A stretch of 64,000 nucleotides of DNA from a virus. The stretch's first letter is position 1. The number at the start of each line of letters is the position of its first letter. Location of the stretch: positions 1 to 64,000 of the IMG/VR virus record IMGVR_UViG_3300046674_000373, one strand, 5' to 3'. Below, piece by piece: positions 37,654 to 46,957 of this stretch. The position numbers and the translations under genes were made by a program. Under the pieces are notes generated by a model that saw nothing but the letters and a program-made list of their open reading frames with translations, had not been told where the DNA came from and searched no databases.

Positions 37654-38751
37654 ATGCAAGACCTCGTACCAACCCAGCACCAGCAGCAACACCATCCCGT
37701 CCCGTTCGGCCAGGGCCGCGGGCTCGCGCAGACCGGCGCCATCAACCAGGGCGCCGTCACCGTCGAAGTCGAGCGCGCGATTGCCGAAGCGCAGGGCCAG
37801 ATGGCGCTGGCGAAGCGCTTCCCGCGCGACCTTACCGCGGCGCACGCCGAGCTGATGCTGGCCTGCAAGTCGCCAGCCTTCGCTGGTGTCGCCTTTTATT
37901 CCAAGCCGCAAGGCGGCAGCACGGTGACCGGCCCGTCCATCCGCATGGCCGAGCAGATCGCCCAGGTGTACGGCAACTTCCAGTACGGCCACCGCGAACT
38001 GTCGCGCGACGACTCCAAGTCCGAGGTCGAGGTGTTCGCCTGGGACATGGAGAAGAACAACTACGTGAAGCGCCAGCTGACGGTGCTGCACGTGCGCGAC
38101 ACCCGCGAGGGCCCCAAGAAGCTGCGCGACCAGACCGACATCGACATGAAGATCAACAACGTCGCGAGCAAGCAGTCGCGCGGGCTGATCCTCGCGATGA
38201 TGCCGAAGTGGCTGGTCGAGGAAGCCGTCCAGGATTGCCGCAAGACCATTGCCGGCAACAACGAGGAGCCGCTCGAGGTGCGCGTCCGCAAGATGACGCA
38301 GGCGTTCGCCAAGTTCGGCGTCAAGCCGCAGCACCTGGAGAAGTACCTAGGCCACACGCTGGACGAGGTGCTGCTTGACGAGCTGGTCGACCTGCAGGGC
38401 GTGTACAACTCGCTGCGCGACGGCACGCCGGCATCGGACATCTTCGGCGACCACGACGATGAAAGCCCGCAGGCCGAGTCCACCAGCAAGGGCATCGCCG
38501 AGACGGCCAAGGCTGGCGCGGCGGCGAAAGCGGCGGCCGACAAGACGAAACCTGCCGCTAAAGCAGGCACTGTTGCACAAAAACAAGGCGCAGCCGAGCC
38601 GGCACCGGATAGCAATCCCGTGAAATCGGAAAGCAAGGCCGTGGAAGAACAAGCCACGCCAGCCGCTACACCGGCCGAGAACTCGCAAGCACAAACCGAG
38701 GGTGCTGATTCTGTACCAGACCGTACAAAAGACGGTGCGGACCTGTTCTAA
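37654..38751 (+). CDS. putative ssDNA-annealing/recombination protein
   Basis: GPSIRMAE...GN...AWDMEKN; located in the exonuclease operon. Confidence 0.6.
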   Translation: MQDLVPTQHQQQHHPVPFGQGRGLAQTGAINQGAVTVEVERAIAEAQGQMALAKRFPRDLTAAHAELMLACKSPAFAGVAFYSKPQGGSTVTGPSIRMAEQIAQVYGNFQYGHRELSRDDSKSEVEVFAWDMEKNNYVKRQLTVLHVRDTREGPKKLRDQTDIDMKINNVASKQSRGLILAMMPKWLVEEAVQDCRKTIAGNNEEPLEVRVRKMTQAFAKFGVKPQHLEKYLGHTLDEVLLDELVDLQGVYNSLRDGTPASDIFGDHDDESPQAESTSKGIAETAKAGAAAKAAADKTKPAAKAGTVAQKQGAAEPAPDSNPVKSESKAVEEQATPAATPAENSQAQTEGADSVPDRTKDGADLF

Positions 38752-38781
38752 GCAACAAAAGAAGGCAAACGGGGCAGTTTT

Positions 38782-38994
38782 ATGACGGACAAGGCAAAGA
38801 ACTATTTCACGCCAAAGGAATTGTCGGAGCATTTGGACGGACGCATTAAGGTCCGGACGTTGAATAACTGGCGCCAGAATGGCTCGGGCCCGCCTTTTAC
38901 GAAGATCGGCGGTGCCGTGCTGTACCCAGTGACCGCCGTCGAAGCCTGGCTCAAGTCCAGGACGGTGTCGAACACCAGCCAGTATTCGAAGTGA
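38782..38994 (+). CDS. excisionase-like HTH protein
   Basis: TLNNWR..GSGPPFTKIGGAVLY. Confidence 0.8.
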   Translation: MTDKAKNYFTPKELSEHLDGRIKVRTLNNWRQNGSGPPFTKIGGAVLYPVTAVEAWLKSRTVSNTSQYSK

Positions 38995-39041
38995 CCAGCG
39001 CGGGGCTCCGGCCCCGCATTTTTCAAAGCCGGGGAGGCAAT

Positions 39042-39695
39042 ATGCATGCAGAAAAAGATGCTGTAGCGGCGGCCGCGCGCGCGCCGAAAGAGAGACCGAT
39101 TTTGTTCAGCGGCGCCATGGTGCGCGCGCTGCTCGACGGCAGCAAGACCCAGACGCGGCGCATCGCGAAGCCGCGCCGGAAGCCCAGCCTGCTCGATGGC
39201 ACGTGGACAGACGACTACGTGCTCGACGCAGGGAATCATGAGTGGCTGATGGCGGATAACCCCTACGGCCAGCCCGGCGACCGCCTGTGGGTGCGCGAGA
39301 CGTTCGTCCATATCGATGATGAGGGCGACAAATTCGACGGTATGGGCAGCCAGACTTACTACCGCGCGTCGTGCCCCCAGCCGGAACGCGACGACGCTTG
39401 GCTACGCGAGCGCGGTCTTCGCTGGCGCCCCAGCATCCACATGCCACGGGCGCGCAGCCGCATCCTGCTTGAGGTGGTCAGCGTGCGCGTCGAGCGGCTG
39501 CAGGATATCAGCGAGGCAGATGCGCAGTCCGAAGGCGTGGCCGAGTGGGCGCGCGGCGCGTGCGCAGCTGGCAACCCGAACGGATACACCGACGTCGGCT
39601 ACTACTCCCTACTGTGGGAGCAGATCAACGGCGCCGGCAGCTGGGATGCCAACCCATGGGTGTGGGTGGTCGAGTTCAAGCGGGTGCAGCCATGA
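39042..39695 (+). CDS. ASCH-like phage protein
   Basis: ERPILFS..MVRA...KTQTRR, WRPSIHMPR, NPWVWV. Confidence 0.85.
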   Translation: MHAEKDAVAAAARAPKERPILFSGAMVRALLDGSKTQTRRIAKPRRKPSLLDGTWTDDYVLDAGNHEWLMADNPYGQPGDRLWVRETFVHIDDEGDKFDGMGSQTYYRASCPQPERDDAWLRERGLRWRPSIHMPRARSRILLEVVSVRVERLQDISEADAQSEGVAEWARGACAAGNPNGYTDVGYYSLLWEQINGAGSWDANPWVWVVEFKRVQP

Positions 39696-40111
39696 CGCGC
39701 GCCACAACCGCCAAGAAGACCGATCGCCTGGCGCACGTCAACGACCTGATCAAGACCATTTCCGATTACGGCCGCCGATTCTTCTACAACAAGGAGCGTG
39801 ACCGCGTCGCGCGCATGCTGATCGGCCCGAAGGGTCACCTTTACTTTCAAGACGACTACACCGGCAAGGCGATCTACGTCGCGTACCAAGGTCGCTGGAG
39901 TGGCTTTAGCCACGGCGGCACGCTGAAGACCCTGGTCGAAGCGCTGGCCAACTACGTCCGGACCGGACAACAGCTGTCGATCGGCTGGATCGGGCCGGAG
40001 CGCTTCGACGACAGCAATATCTGGGGCTACGCCGAGGACGAAATGGCGAAGTGCCGGGCGGCCGCCCTGACCAACCCGGCGATCAAGCGTCGGGACGCCG
40101 CCACGGCGTGA
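39692..40111 (+). CDS. hypothetical protein
   Basis: GRRFF, FSHGGTL motif. Confidence 0.75.
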   Translation: MTRATTAKKTDRLAHVNDLIKTISDYGRRFFYNKERDRVARMLIGPKGHLYFQDDYTGKAIYVAYQGRWSGFSHGGTLKTLVEALANYVRTGQQLSIGWIGPERFDDSNIWGYAEDEMAKCRAAALTNPAIKRRDAATA

Positions 40112-40126
40112 CAACACAAGGTATAT

Positions 40127-41227
40127 ATGGAATGGACCAATCAACAGGCGGCCGCGCTCAAGGCCGTTCATAGCTGGCTACGCGACCCGAAGGGCAAGCA
40201 GGTTTTCCGCCTCTTCGGCTTCGCCGGTACCGGCAAGACTACCCTCGCCAAGCACATCGCCCAGTATGCCGACGGCCTCGTCTGCTTCGCCTGCTTCACC
40301 GGCAAGGCCGCGCTTGTCCTCCGGAAGAAGGGCTGCGAGGGCGCCAGCACCATCCACTCGCTGATCTACAAGATCGACGATCCGGAGGCCCAGCACCCGG
40401 AGTTCGTGCTGAACCCGGACAGCCCGCTCTCCATCGCGGAGCTCGCGATCATCGACGAGGTGTCGATGGTCGACGAGGACCTCGGCCGCGACCTGCTCAG
40501 CTTCGGCAAGAAGGTGCTGGTGCTGGGCGACCCGATGCAGCTCAAGCCCGTGCGCAAGGACGAGGGGTACTTCACCGACCCGAAGGACAGGCCGGACGTG
40601 ATGCTGACCGACATCCGGCGCCAGACGGCCGAGAACCCGATCATCCGACTGTCGATCGACGTGCGCGAGGGCCTCGGCTTGGTCGCAGGCGAGTACGGCG
40701 CGGCGCGCGTCATCCACCGCTCGCAGGTCGACCCGGAAAGCGTGCTGGCCGCCGACCAGGTGCTGGCCGGGATGAACAAGACCCGTCGCACGTTCAACCG
40801 GCGGATCCGCGAGCTGCGCGGCCGCACCAGCCCGCTGCCCCAGGAGGATGATCGCCTGGTCTGCCTGCGCAACAATCGCGAGCTCGGGCTGCTGAACGGC
40901 TCTCTCTGGCGCACCCAGCGCGCGTCTGCCTTCGGTGAGATCGTGACGCTGGAGGTCGATTCGCTGGACGGTCTGCAGGACCCGGGCGCGGTCACGGTGC
41001 CGGCCGCCTTCTTTCTCGGAACCGACGCCGACCTGGACTGGCGAATCAAGCGCCAGCATGAGGAGTTCGATTTCGGCGAGTGCCTCACCGTGCACAAGTC
41101 GCAAGGCTCCCAGTGGGACAACGTGATGTTGTTCGACGAGAGCGCCACCTTCCGCGAGCAGCGAATCAACCACCTGTACACCGGCATCACCCGGGCGGCC
41201 GAGCGGCTGACCGTGGTGCTGCCTTAA
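40127..41227 (+). CDS. RecD/Dda-like SF1 helicase
   Basis: GFAGTGKT, DEVSM, GDPMQL, TVHKSQGS, YTGITRA. Confidence 0.93.
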   Translation: MEWTNQQAAALKAVHSWLRDPKGKQVFRLFGFAGTGKTTLAKHIAQYADGLVCFACFTGKAALVLRKKGCEGASTIHSLIYKIDDPEAQHPEFVLNPDSPLSIAELAIIDEVSMVDEDLGRDLLSFGKKVLVLGDPMQLKPVRKDEGYFTDPKDRPDVMLTDIRRQTAENPIIRLSIDVREGLGLVAGEYGAARVIHRSQVDPESVLAADQVLAGMNKTRRTFNRRIRELRGRTSPLPQEDDRLVCLRNNRELGLLNGSLWRTQRASAFGEIVTLEVDSLDGLQDPGAVTVPAAFFLGTDADLDWRIKRQHEEFDFGECLTVHKSQGSQWDNVMLFDESATFREQRINHLYTGITRAAERLTVVLP

Positions 41228-41241
41228 CCTGAAAGGAGTTT

Positions 41242-41796
41242 ATGAATACCCTCTGGAGCATCATCGCCCACCTGGTCTCGCGCCCGGCCGTGGTCGACTA
41301 CCTGATCAAGCGCGCGAAGCGGACGCCCTACATCCACATCACCGGTCCGGACGGCAGCGTCTACATGGAGCGCTACTGGCTCTTCAATCCGTACCCGGCG
41401 AACTCGTCCGGCAACCGGCCGTGGTGGAAGTTCCCGATCTCGATCCGGCTGCACCGGATCATGCGCGAGGACGACGACCGCGACCTGCATGACCACCCGT
41501 GGAACGCCCGAACGGTCATCCTGCATGGCTGGTACCGCGAAGTGCGCCTCAAGCAGCACCAGCACGAGACGTACGAGAAGGTGTATCCGGTCGAGCTGGT
41601 TCCGGTCACCTACCGACGACTGCCAGGCGACACTGCGCGCCTGCGCTTCGGCGAGTACCACCGCATTCTGCAGGTCAGCCCGGGCGGCGTCTGGACCCTG
41701 TTCATCACCGGCCGCTACCGCGGCACCTGGGGCTTTCTCGTCAGCGGGGTGAAGGTGCCATGGCGGCGTTACCTGGGCATCGAGGAGCAGGCATGA
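41242..41796 (+). CDS. cupin-like phage protein
   Basis: YMERYW, LHDHPW, YHRI, WTLFITG. Confidence 0.75.
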   Translation: MNTLWSIIAHLVSRPAVVDYLIKRAKRTPYIHITGPDGSVYMERYWLFNPYPANSSGNRPWWKFPISIRLHRIMREDDDRDLHDHPWNARTVILHGWYREVRLKQHQHETYEKVYPVELVPVTYRRLPGDTARLRFGEYHRILQVSPGGVWTLFITGRYRGTWGFLVSGVKVPWRRYLGIEEQA

Positions 41797-42050
41797 TGAC
41801 CGCTACCGCCCCACGCTACGCCCTTTACCCCGGCTTCGTCCGCAGCCAGACCGACGGCGACCGCCACTACATCGGCGCGCTGACCCTGGCGCACCTGTAC
41901 GGCGTGCGCGTGCAGGACTGCATCGTCATCAACCCGAACGACGCGGACGACCCCAGCCAGCGCGAGAAGCTGGAGCGGGCGCGCCGGCTCGTGCCGCTGG
42001 TGCCGCGCTACGACGGGAACTACACCCTGCCTCTGGCGAGGGCGGCATGA
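41793..42050 (+). CDS. hypothetical protein
   Basis: PG.V.S..DGD.HYI...L..LYGV motif. Confidence 0.7.
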   Translation: MMTATAPRYALYPGFVRSQTDGDRHYIGALTLAHLYGVRVQDCIVINPNDADDPSQREKLERARRLVPLVPRYDGNYTLPLARAA

Positions 42051-42310
42051 CCGCCGCCGTCTTGACCCCGGCCCAGCTCATGCTGCTGCGCGAGGCGCTG
42101 GGCCTGAGCCACTACCAGCGGGCGCCGATCCGGCACAACCTGCCTGCTCATGCCGCCAAGGGGCGCGAGGACGACGTCGCTGCTCTGGAGCGTATGGGCT
42201 ACCTGCGCACCAGGATGTTCGCCGGGGAGGGTGGTTGGGAGTCCGTCACCGAGATCACGGCCGAGGGCGAGGCTTGTGCGCTGGCGAACTCGACAGTGGA
42301 GGGCAGCTGA
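42047..42310 (+). CDS. hypothetical protein
   Basis: Coupled ORF. Confidence 0.6.
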   Translation: MTAAVLTPAQLMLLREALGLSHYQRAPIRHNLPAHAAKGREDDVAALERMGYLRTRMFAGEGGWESVTEITAEGEACALANSTVEGS

Positions 42311-42642
42311 TGGCCGTCTACGTCGACGACATGGAGGCGCCGTACGGCCGCATGAAGATGTGCCACATGCTGGCCGATTCGGATGCCGAGCTGCACACCA
42401 TGGCCGACCGGATCGGCGTGGCGCGGCGCTGGCACCAGGCGCCGCCGCACGACAGCCACTACGATATTGCGCTCAGCAAGAAGGCACTGGCCGTCGCCGC
42501 CGGCGCGATCGCGATCACGTGGCGCCAAGCCGGAGCCATGAACTTCCGGCGGCGCGTCACCGGCCAGCTCGGCGACCCGAGCGACGCAGTCGAGTGGATG
42601 ACTAGCTACAAGGCCAAGGTCCGGGCCGCCGCTCCAGCCTAA
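42310..42642 (+). CDS. DUF4031 family protein
   Basis: VYVDD...CHMLAD...ELH...IG...HYDI. Confidence 0.85.
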   Translation: MAVYVDDMEAPYGRMKMCHMLADSDAELHTMADRIGVARRWHQAPPHDSHYDIALSKKALAVAAGAIAITWRQAGAMNFRRRVTGQLGDPSDAVEWMTSYKAKVRAAAPA

Positions 42643-42649
42643 AAAACTA

Positions 42650-42680
42650 CGGGCGGCCCTTTTGAGGCCGCCCGCTTTGT
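42650..42680 (+). terminator. intrinsic terminator
   Basis: GGGCGGCC...GGCCGCCC hairpin followed by TTTGT. Confidence 0.6.
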
Positions 42681-42681
42681 C

Positions 42682-42910
42682 TGCGCCCTATTTGCGCCCT
42701 AGAGCTTGGCCCCAGAGGGTAAATCCATGCTCCACCTAGCGAAAATAGCAGTTGCGCTGAGACAATGAGACATTTATCATCCCTATCACGGAAGTACACG
42801 GAAATGCATTTGTGTGCGTAATTTCAACGCGTTAGCCATCTCGACCGGCGACCGGCGAAACCCGCAAAATGCGCCCTGTACCCGTATTTTTGCGCCCTAT
42901 GTGCGCCCTA
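42682..42910. other. attP-like site
   Basis: TGCGCCCTA arm repeats on both sides (42682-42701, 42891-42910); CACGGAA repeats; IHF-like 42822-42834; directly upstream of integrase. Confidence 0.7.
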
Positions 42911-42925
42911 ACCGTCGAGCACAAC

Positions 42926-44098
42926 ATGAAGAGATCGCCTACTAAAATCACGAAGAGCATGATCGACTGCGCCCTACCGGAGGCCTCCGACAGCTTCCTC
43001 TGGGACAGCGAGGTTAAGGGTTTCGGGGTCCGGATCCAGCCGTCTGGCACCAAGTCGTACATGGTTCGGTACCGCACCAAGGAAGGTACCCAACGCAAGC
43101 AGAACCTCGGCCGCACCAACGTGCTCACGCCGGCCGAAGCCCGCGAGCTGGCGCGCAAGGTGCTGGCCAAGGTCGCCGCCGGCGAGGACCCGATGGCTGA
43201 GCGCCGCAAGGAAGAGAGCCAGCCCACCATCGCCGATCTCGAGGAGCGGTACACACGGGAGCACGCCAAGCCGTTCAAGAAGCCTGCCAGCCAGCATATC
43301 GATGCCCAGAACTGGCGCCTCTACATTCTGCCGGAGTGGCGCACCCGGCTCGTCGCTGAGATCAAGAAATCCGACATCCTGACCCTGTTCGGCAGCATGG
43401 CCGACAAGCCGGCAGCAGCCAACCAGACGCTCGCCCTGCTCTCCAAGGCCATGAACCTCGCCGAGGATTGGGGCTGGCGCGCGTCGAACACGAACCCATG
43501 CCACCGGATCAAGCGCTACAAGCTGAAGAAGCACACCGCCGTCCTGACCTACGAGCAGATGGCCCGCCTGCACCAGACGATGACAAAGATGGTCGCGGAA
43601 CGCCGATTGACGCCGGAGTTCGCGGCCGCGATCCGGCTGCTACAGCTCACCGGCTGCCGCAAGAACGAGATCCTGGAAGCCGAGACGGCATGGGTGGACC
43701 GCAGCAAGCGCGTGCTCCGGCTACCCGATTCGAAGGTCGGCCCGCGCGACATTCCGCTGTCCGAACACGCCCTTGAGATCATCGAAGACCTCGACGGCCA
43801 GTACCTGATCGGGGGAAACCGGGGCAAGGCGACCAGCAACGTCTACAGGGTCTGGGCCCGGGTGAAGAAGGAGGCAGAGCTGCCGGCGGACCTGCGGATC
43901 CACGACCTGCGCCACAGCGCCGGTTCGCTGGCTCACATGGCCGGCATGACCCAGTCCCAGATCGCCGAGCTGCTCGGCCACAGCATTCTGGCGACGACCG
44001 AGAAGTACATCCACAACCACGACGGTGATGCCGCCAAAGCCGCGAACGTGCTGGGTGCGGTGGTTACGGCAGCTTGGAAGGAGCCGGTTGCGGCTTGA
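42926..44098 (+). CDS. int: tyrosine integrase with arm-binding domain
   Basis: WDSEVKGFGVR arm domain; TGCRKNE, K, HDLRH, LGH...TEKY. Confidence 0.95.
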   Translation: MKRSPTKITKSMIDCALPEASDSFLWDSEVKGFGVRIQPSGTKSYMVRYRTKEGTQRKQNLGRTNVLTPAEARELARKVLAKVAAGEDPMAERRKEESQPTIADLEERYTREHAKPFKKPASQHIDAQNWRLYILPEWRTRLVAEIKKSDILTLFGSMADKPAAANQTLALLSKAMNLAEDWGWRASNTNPCHRIKRYKLKKHTAVLTYEQMARLHQTMTKMVAERRLTPEFAAAIRLLQLTGCRKNEILEAETAWVDRSKRVLRLPDSKVGPRDIPLSEHALEIIEDLDGQYLIGGNRGKATSNVYRVWARVKKEAELPADLRIHDLRHSAGSLAHMAGMTQSQIAELLGHSILATTEKYIHNHDGDAAKAANVLGAVVTAAWKEPVAA

Positions 44099-44357
44099 CC
44101 GTCGGCTTGGGATCGCAGCCGGACATGGCCACTTCCAGCCCGGTTGCGTACCCATCCATCGCTGCATAGTCCTGCAGCGCCACCTGCGCGGCGACCTTGT
44201 CGCCCGGGTACGGCCCGGTGCCGAACTTCGGCTCGGGCCGTTTCTGCTTGTCGCCCAGGCAGCCGACGGCCACGGGCACCTTAACCTCGACGACCTTCGG
44301 GACTGTGTTGCAGGCGGCCAGCGCCAGCACCAGCAGGGCAAGGAGCGCACCTCTCAT
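44064..44357 (-). CDS. o-spanin lipoprotein
   Basis: Lipobox LAAC, Pro-rich. Confidence 0.8.
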   Translation of the reverse strand: MRGALLALLVLALAACNTVPKVVEVKVPVAVGCLGDKQKRPEPKFGTGPYPGDKVAAQVALQDYAAMDGYATGLEVAMSGCDPKPTVKPQPAPSKLP

Positions 44358-44719
44358 TTCCAGACCCCCCATGCTTCCCGGAGAACGCCGTCGCAGGTGG
44401 TGGCCTTGCTGTTGGCGACGGCGTCCTCGCGGTTCTTGGCGCGCTTGATCGCATCAGCCGCGAAGGCCTCGGCCATCTTGCGGCGCTCCTCGGCCGCATC
44501 GGACTGAGCCTGCAAGGCCTCGACGGCGCGGTTCTGCTCGCGCACCTTGTCGAGCAGCGCGTCGTACTCGGCTTGCTTGGCCGTCAGCGCGCGCTGGTGG
44601 GCTGCATCGAGCCGCCAGCCATTCACCATCGCGCCGGCAGTCGCAGCCAGGGCCAGTAGCGCCACCACCAGCACCACGCGCGCCAGGAGCTGATACTGCT
44701 CGGGGATCAGTTTAAACAT
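44354..44719 (-). CDS. i-spanin
   Basis: N-terminal TM plus coiled coil, C-terminal Cys. Confidence 0.8.
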   Translation of the reverse strand: MFKLIPEQYQLLARVVLVVALLALAATAGAMVNGWRLDAAHQRALTAKQAEYDALLDKVREQNRAVEALQAQSDAAEERRKMAEAFAADAIKRAKNREDAVANSKATTCDGVLREAWGVWK

Positions 44720-45291
44720 ACGGCTGTCCCCCACGAGGTGAACTTCGGCTGGTGCTTGAGCAGGATCCAGCGCGGGTATAGTCGGCTGTATTCGAAGTTC
44801 TTGGCTGACTGGCCCGCGTTGACAGACTCGGTGGCATCGAACCACTTGCCGGGATGCGTGGTGCGCTTCTGCGCGCGCTGCACGTAGCCGAGGCCCGCGT
44901 TGTAGCCCTTCAGCGAGGCCGCCCAGCGATCACAGGCGGTGTCGCCCTTCACGCGCGCATAGTTCCAGCCGTCGAGGCGGACCATCGCGCGGATCGCCCA
45001 GGTCGGGTTGTACGGGTCGGGCGCGCCGAGCTCCGGGTACGAGCGAGCTACCTGCTTCGCCGTCCCGTCCATGAACTGCGCCAGGCCGCGGCCGTTGTCC
45101 CAGGCTGTCACGTCAGGCCGCCAGTTGCTCTCCTGCGTGATCTGCCCGGCGAACATCGGTACGGGGGCATTGAGGCCATAGACGGCCTGCGCTTCGCGCG
45201 TGAGCGTCGGCCTGAACCGCGCGGCGGCCTCCGGCGGTCCGGCCCACGCCGGCGCCGCCAGGAGCAGCAGGATGGCGACCAGCCGGAGCAT
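44707..45291 (-). CDS. SLT-family endolysin with signal peptide
   Basis: QES.W, GLAQFM..T, YNAG; hydrophobic N-terminus ending AWA. Confidence 0.9.
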   Translation of the reverse strand: MLRLVAILLLLAAPAWAGPPEAAARFRPTLTREAQAVYGLNAPVPMFAGQITQESNWRPDVTAWDNGRGLAQFMDGTAKQVARSYPELGAPDPYNPTWAIRAMVRLDGWNYARVKGDTACDRWAASLKGYNAGLGYVQRAQKRTTHPGKWFDATESVNAGQSAKNFEYSRLYPRWILLKHQPKFTSWGTAVCLN

Positions 45292-45557
45292 CACAGGCCC
45301 AGCGCGATCGCGAGCATGGCCGCGCCGACGATTATGGCGCGGCGGATATGCTCCAGCGGGTTCGATTCGTCGGTGATGCGCGCGCGGAAGCAGTTGCGGT
45401 CGACCCAGTAGCCAGCGAAGGCCGCCAGCGTGAGGTGACCGAGCTTCCACAGAACGATCTGGACCTGCGGGGCAGTGCCGCTCGCGGCGAGCAGCGCGGC
45501 AGCCACGTAGAGGCCGATCGAGATCAGCACCCACTGAAACATGCGCATTTTATCCAT
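45291..45557 (-). CDS. putative holin
   Basis: Three TM segments; GYWVDR...RRAIIV. Confidence 0.85.
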   Translation of the reverse strand: MDKMRMFQWVLISIGLYVAAALLAASGTAPQVQIVLWKLGHLTLAAFAGYWVDRNCFRARITDESNPLEHIRRAIIVGAAMLAIALGL

Positions 45558-45598
45558 GGCGAAGGTTCTCCGGAGATGGCGTTGGGAAGGGGGGGGAA

Positions 45599-45871
45599 TT
45601 ACTTGGCGCCGACTTTGTCGGCGACCTTTTCGACACTGCGTTTCAGGTCGCCAAGGGCTTCCTTGACCTCCTGGAACTTGTCTTTGTTCGAGCTGTCCTG
45701 CATCGCGTCGCGCTCGCGCTGGCTGGAGATGCGCTCCTCGAGGACGGTGACCCGCTTGTCCATCGTGCTCCAGCCGACCGCTGCCGTGATCAGGAATCCG
45801 AGGAAGGTCAGGATGTGGCCGAGGTTGACAGTCTTGTCGAACCGGACGCGGTTGTCGGATGCGTTTGCCAA
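45599..45871 (-). CDS. single-TM coiled-coil lysis-associated protein
   Basis: FDKTVNLGHILT; upstream of holin. Confidence 0.65.
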   Translation of the reverse strand: MANASDNRVRFDKTVNLGHILTFLGFLITAAVGWSTMDKRVTVLEERISSQRERDAMQDSSNKDKFQEVKEALGDLKRSVEKVADKVGAK

Positions 45872-45922
45872 TTGTCGGCCCTTAAAGAATGCCCGGTGGG
45901 GCGTGTGCGTTTCGATGGGGCA

Positions 45923-45938
45923 ATCCTACGATCACGAC
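45923..45938 (-). promoter_or_regulatory. putative late promoter for the lysis cassette
   Basis: GTCGTGAT-CGT-A-GG-AT. Confidence 0.65.
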
Positions 45939-45959
45939 GCGCCAGATCCGGAACAGCGG

Positions 45960-46718
45960 TCAGAAACCAAGGGCGATATACAGCCCGGGCTGCGTCGCCA
46001 CGGATGCACTGGTGTTGTAGGCAACGAACGCAGTTTTGTTGAACGTGTTGGCATTCACGCCAGAGATTGCCACTTTCCCGACGTTGTCTGCCCCGGCAGT
46101 GGCAATGCAGGACAGGCACGCATTTGGGAAAGCCATCGCGTAAGTGACGGTTTGACTGCCATTCCCAGCAATAGACGGGACCTGACCCCACTGAAGGATC
46201 AGCCCACCCGGGAACATCTGGTAGCCGTTCGTGGTCAGCGAGCGCGCAAACTGATGCTCATAAGGAAGTGCGGCGGTGCCCAGCATGCACCAGGTGTTCG
46301 CTGCCACCTTGACGATGTTCGCGTGAGAGCCATTCGTGGCGGTTGCACTGGCTCCTGCCGCAAGAGTTTCGCCGCAAAAAATGGTGTCGCCAGCTGCCGG
46401 TGTGATCGTTGTAATGGCGCCAGACGAAAATGAGATCGGGAAGCTTGCCCCCAGCGGGAGGCCCGCTGTCGACGGGAGATTCAGCGTCGTCGCCAGGCAG
46501 ACAGCGCGCTTGCCTGCGTCAGCTGCCGTGAGGCTACCAGTCGGCCCGGCCACTTGGACGTTGCCGGCCATGTTGCCAAGCGCGCGCTGAACGGCATCCA
46601 TGGTGGCGAGGGATTTCGTGACGTCGAACTGCGGTGGCGTGATCGCTGCGATCACATTACCAGCGGTATCAGCCGTCAGCGCCGCGGCGAGGTTGGTCAG
46701 CTTGGTCGGTGCGTTCAT
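45960..46718 (-). CDS. tail fibre protein
   Basis: AAGGA RBS; NGYQMFPGGLILQWG C-terminal fibre domain. Confidence 0.8.
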   Translation of the reverse strand: MNAPTKLTNLAAALTADTAGNVIAAITPPQFDVTKSLATMDAVQRALGNMAGNVQVAGPTGSLTAADAGKRAVCLATTLNLPSTAGLPLGASFPISFSSGAITTITPAAGDTIFCGETLAAGASATATNGSHANIVKVAANTWCMLGTAALPYEHQFARSLTTNGYQMFPGGLILQWGQVPSIAGNGSQTVTYAMAFPNACLSCIATAGADNVGKVAISGVNANTFNKTAFVAYNTSASVATQPGLYIALGF

Positions 46719-46758
46719 ACATCCTTTCGTTGTCGCCGGGCCTGGGCCCGGGAGAGGC

Positions 46759-46953
46759 TTACTGCGCGGGGCTTGGTGGCGGCACCACGACCGGCGGCGG
46801 CGCCTTCCACTTGCCGTCCGCCAGGCGCCAGCCGTGCCGTACGTTGTCAGGGACCTCGACGAAGTCCTTTGCGATCGACGGGTGGAACGAGTTTTCCGGG
46901 TCGCTGGACACGTCCACAGCAACGTCGTTGATGATGCGTGCGAAGTTCTTCAT
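46759..46953 (-). CDS. small tail fibre assembly protein
   Basis: FARII...VPDNVRHGW....GKW. Confidence 0.65.
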   Translation of the reverse strand: MKNFARIINDVAVDVSSDPENSFHPSIAKDFVEVPDNVRHGWRLADGKWKAPPPVVVPPPSPAQ

Positions 46954-46957
46954 GGGG

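Noticed and set aside
42700-42890. tRNA-derived att core or dif site
   Set aside because: No T-arm/CCA or dif-like sequence recognisable
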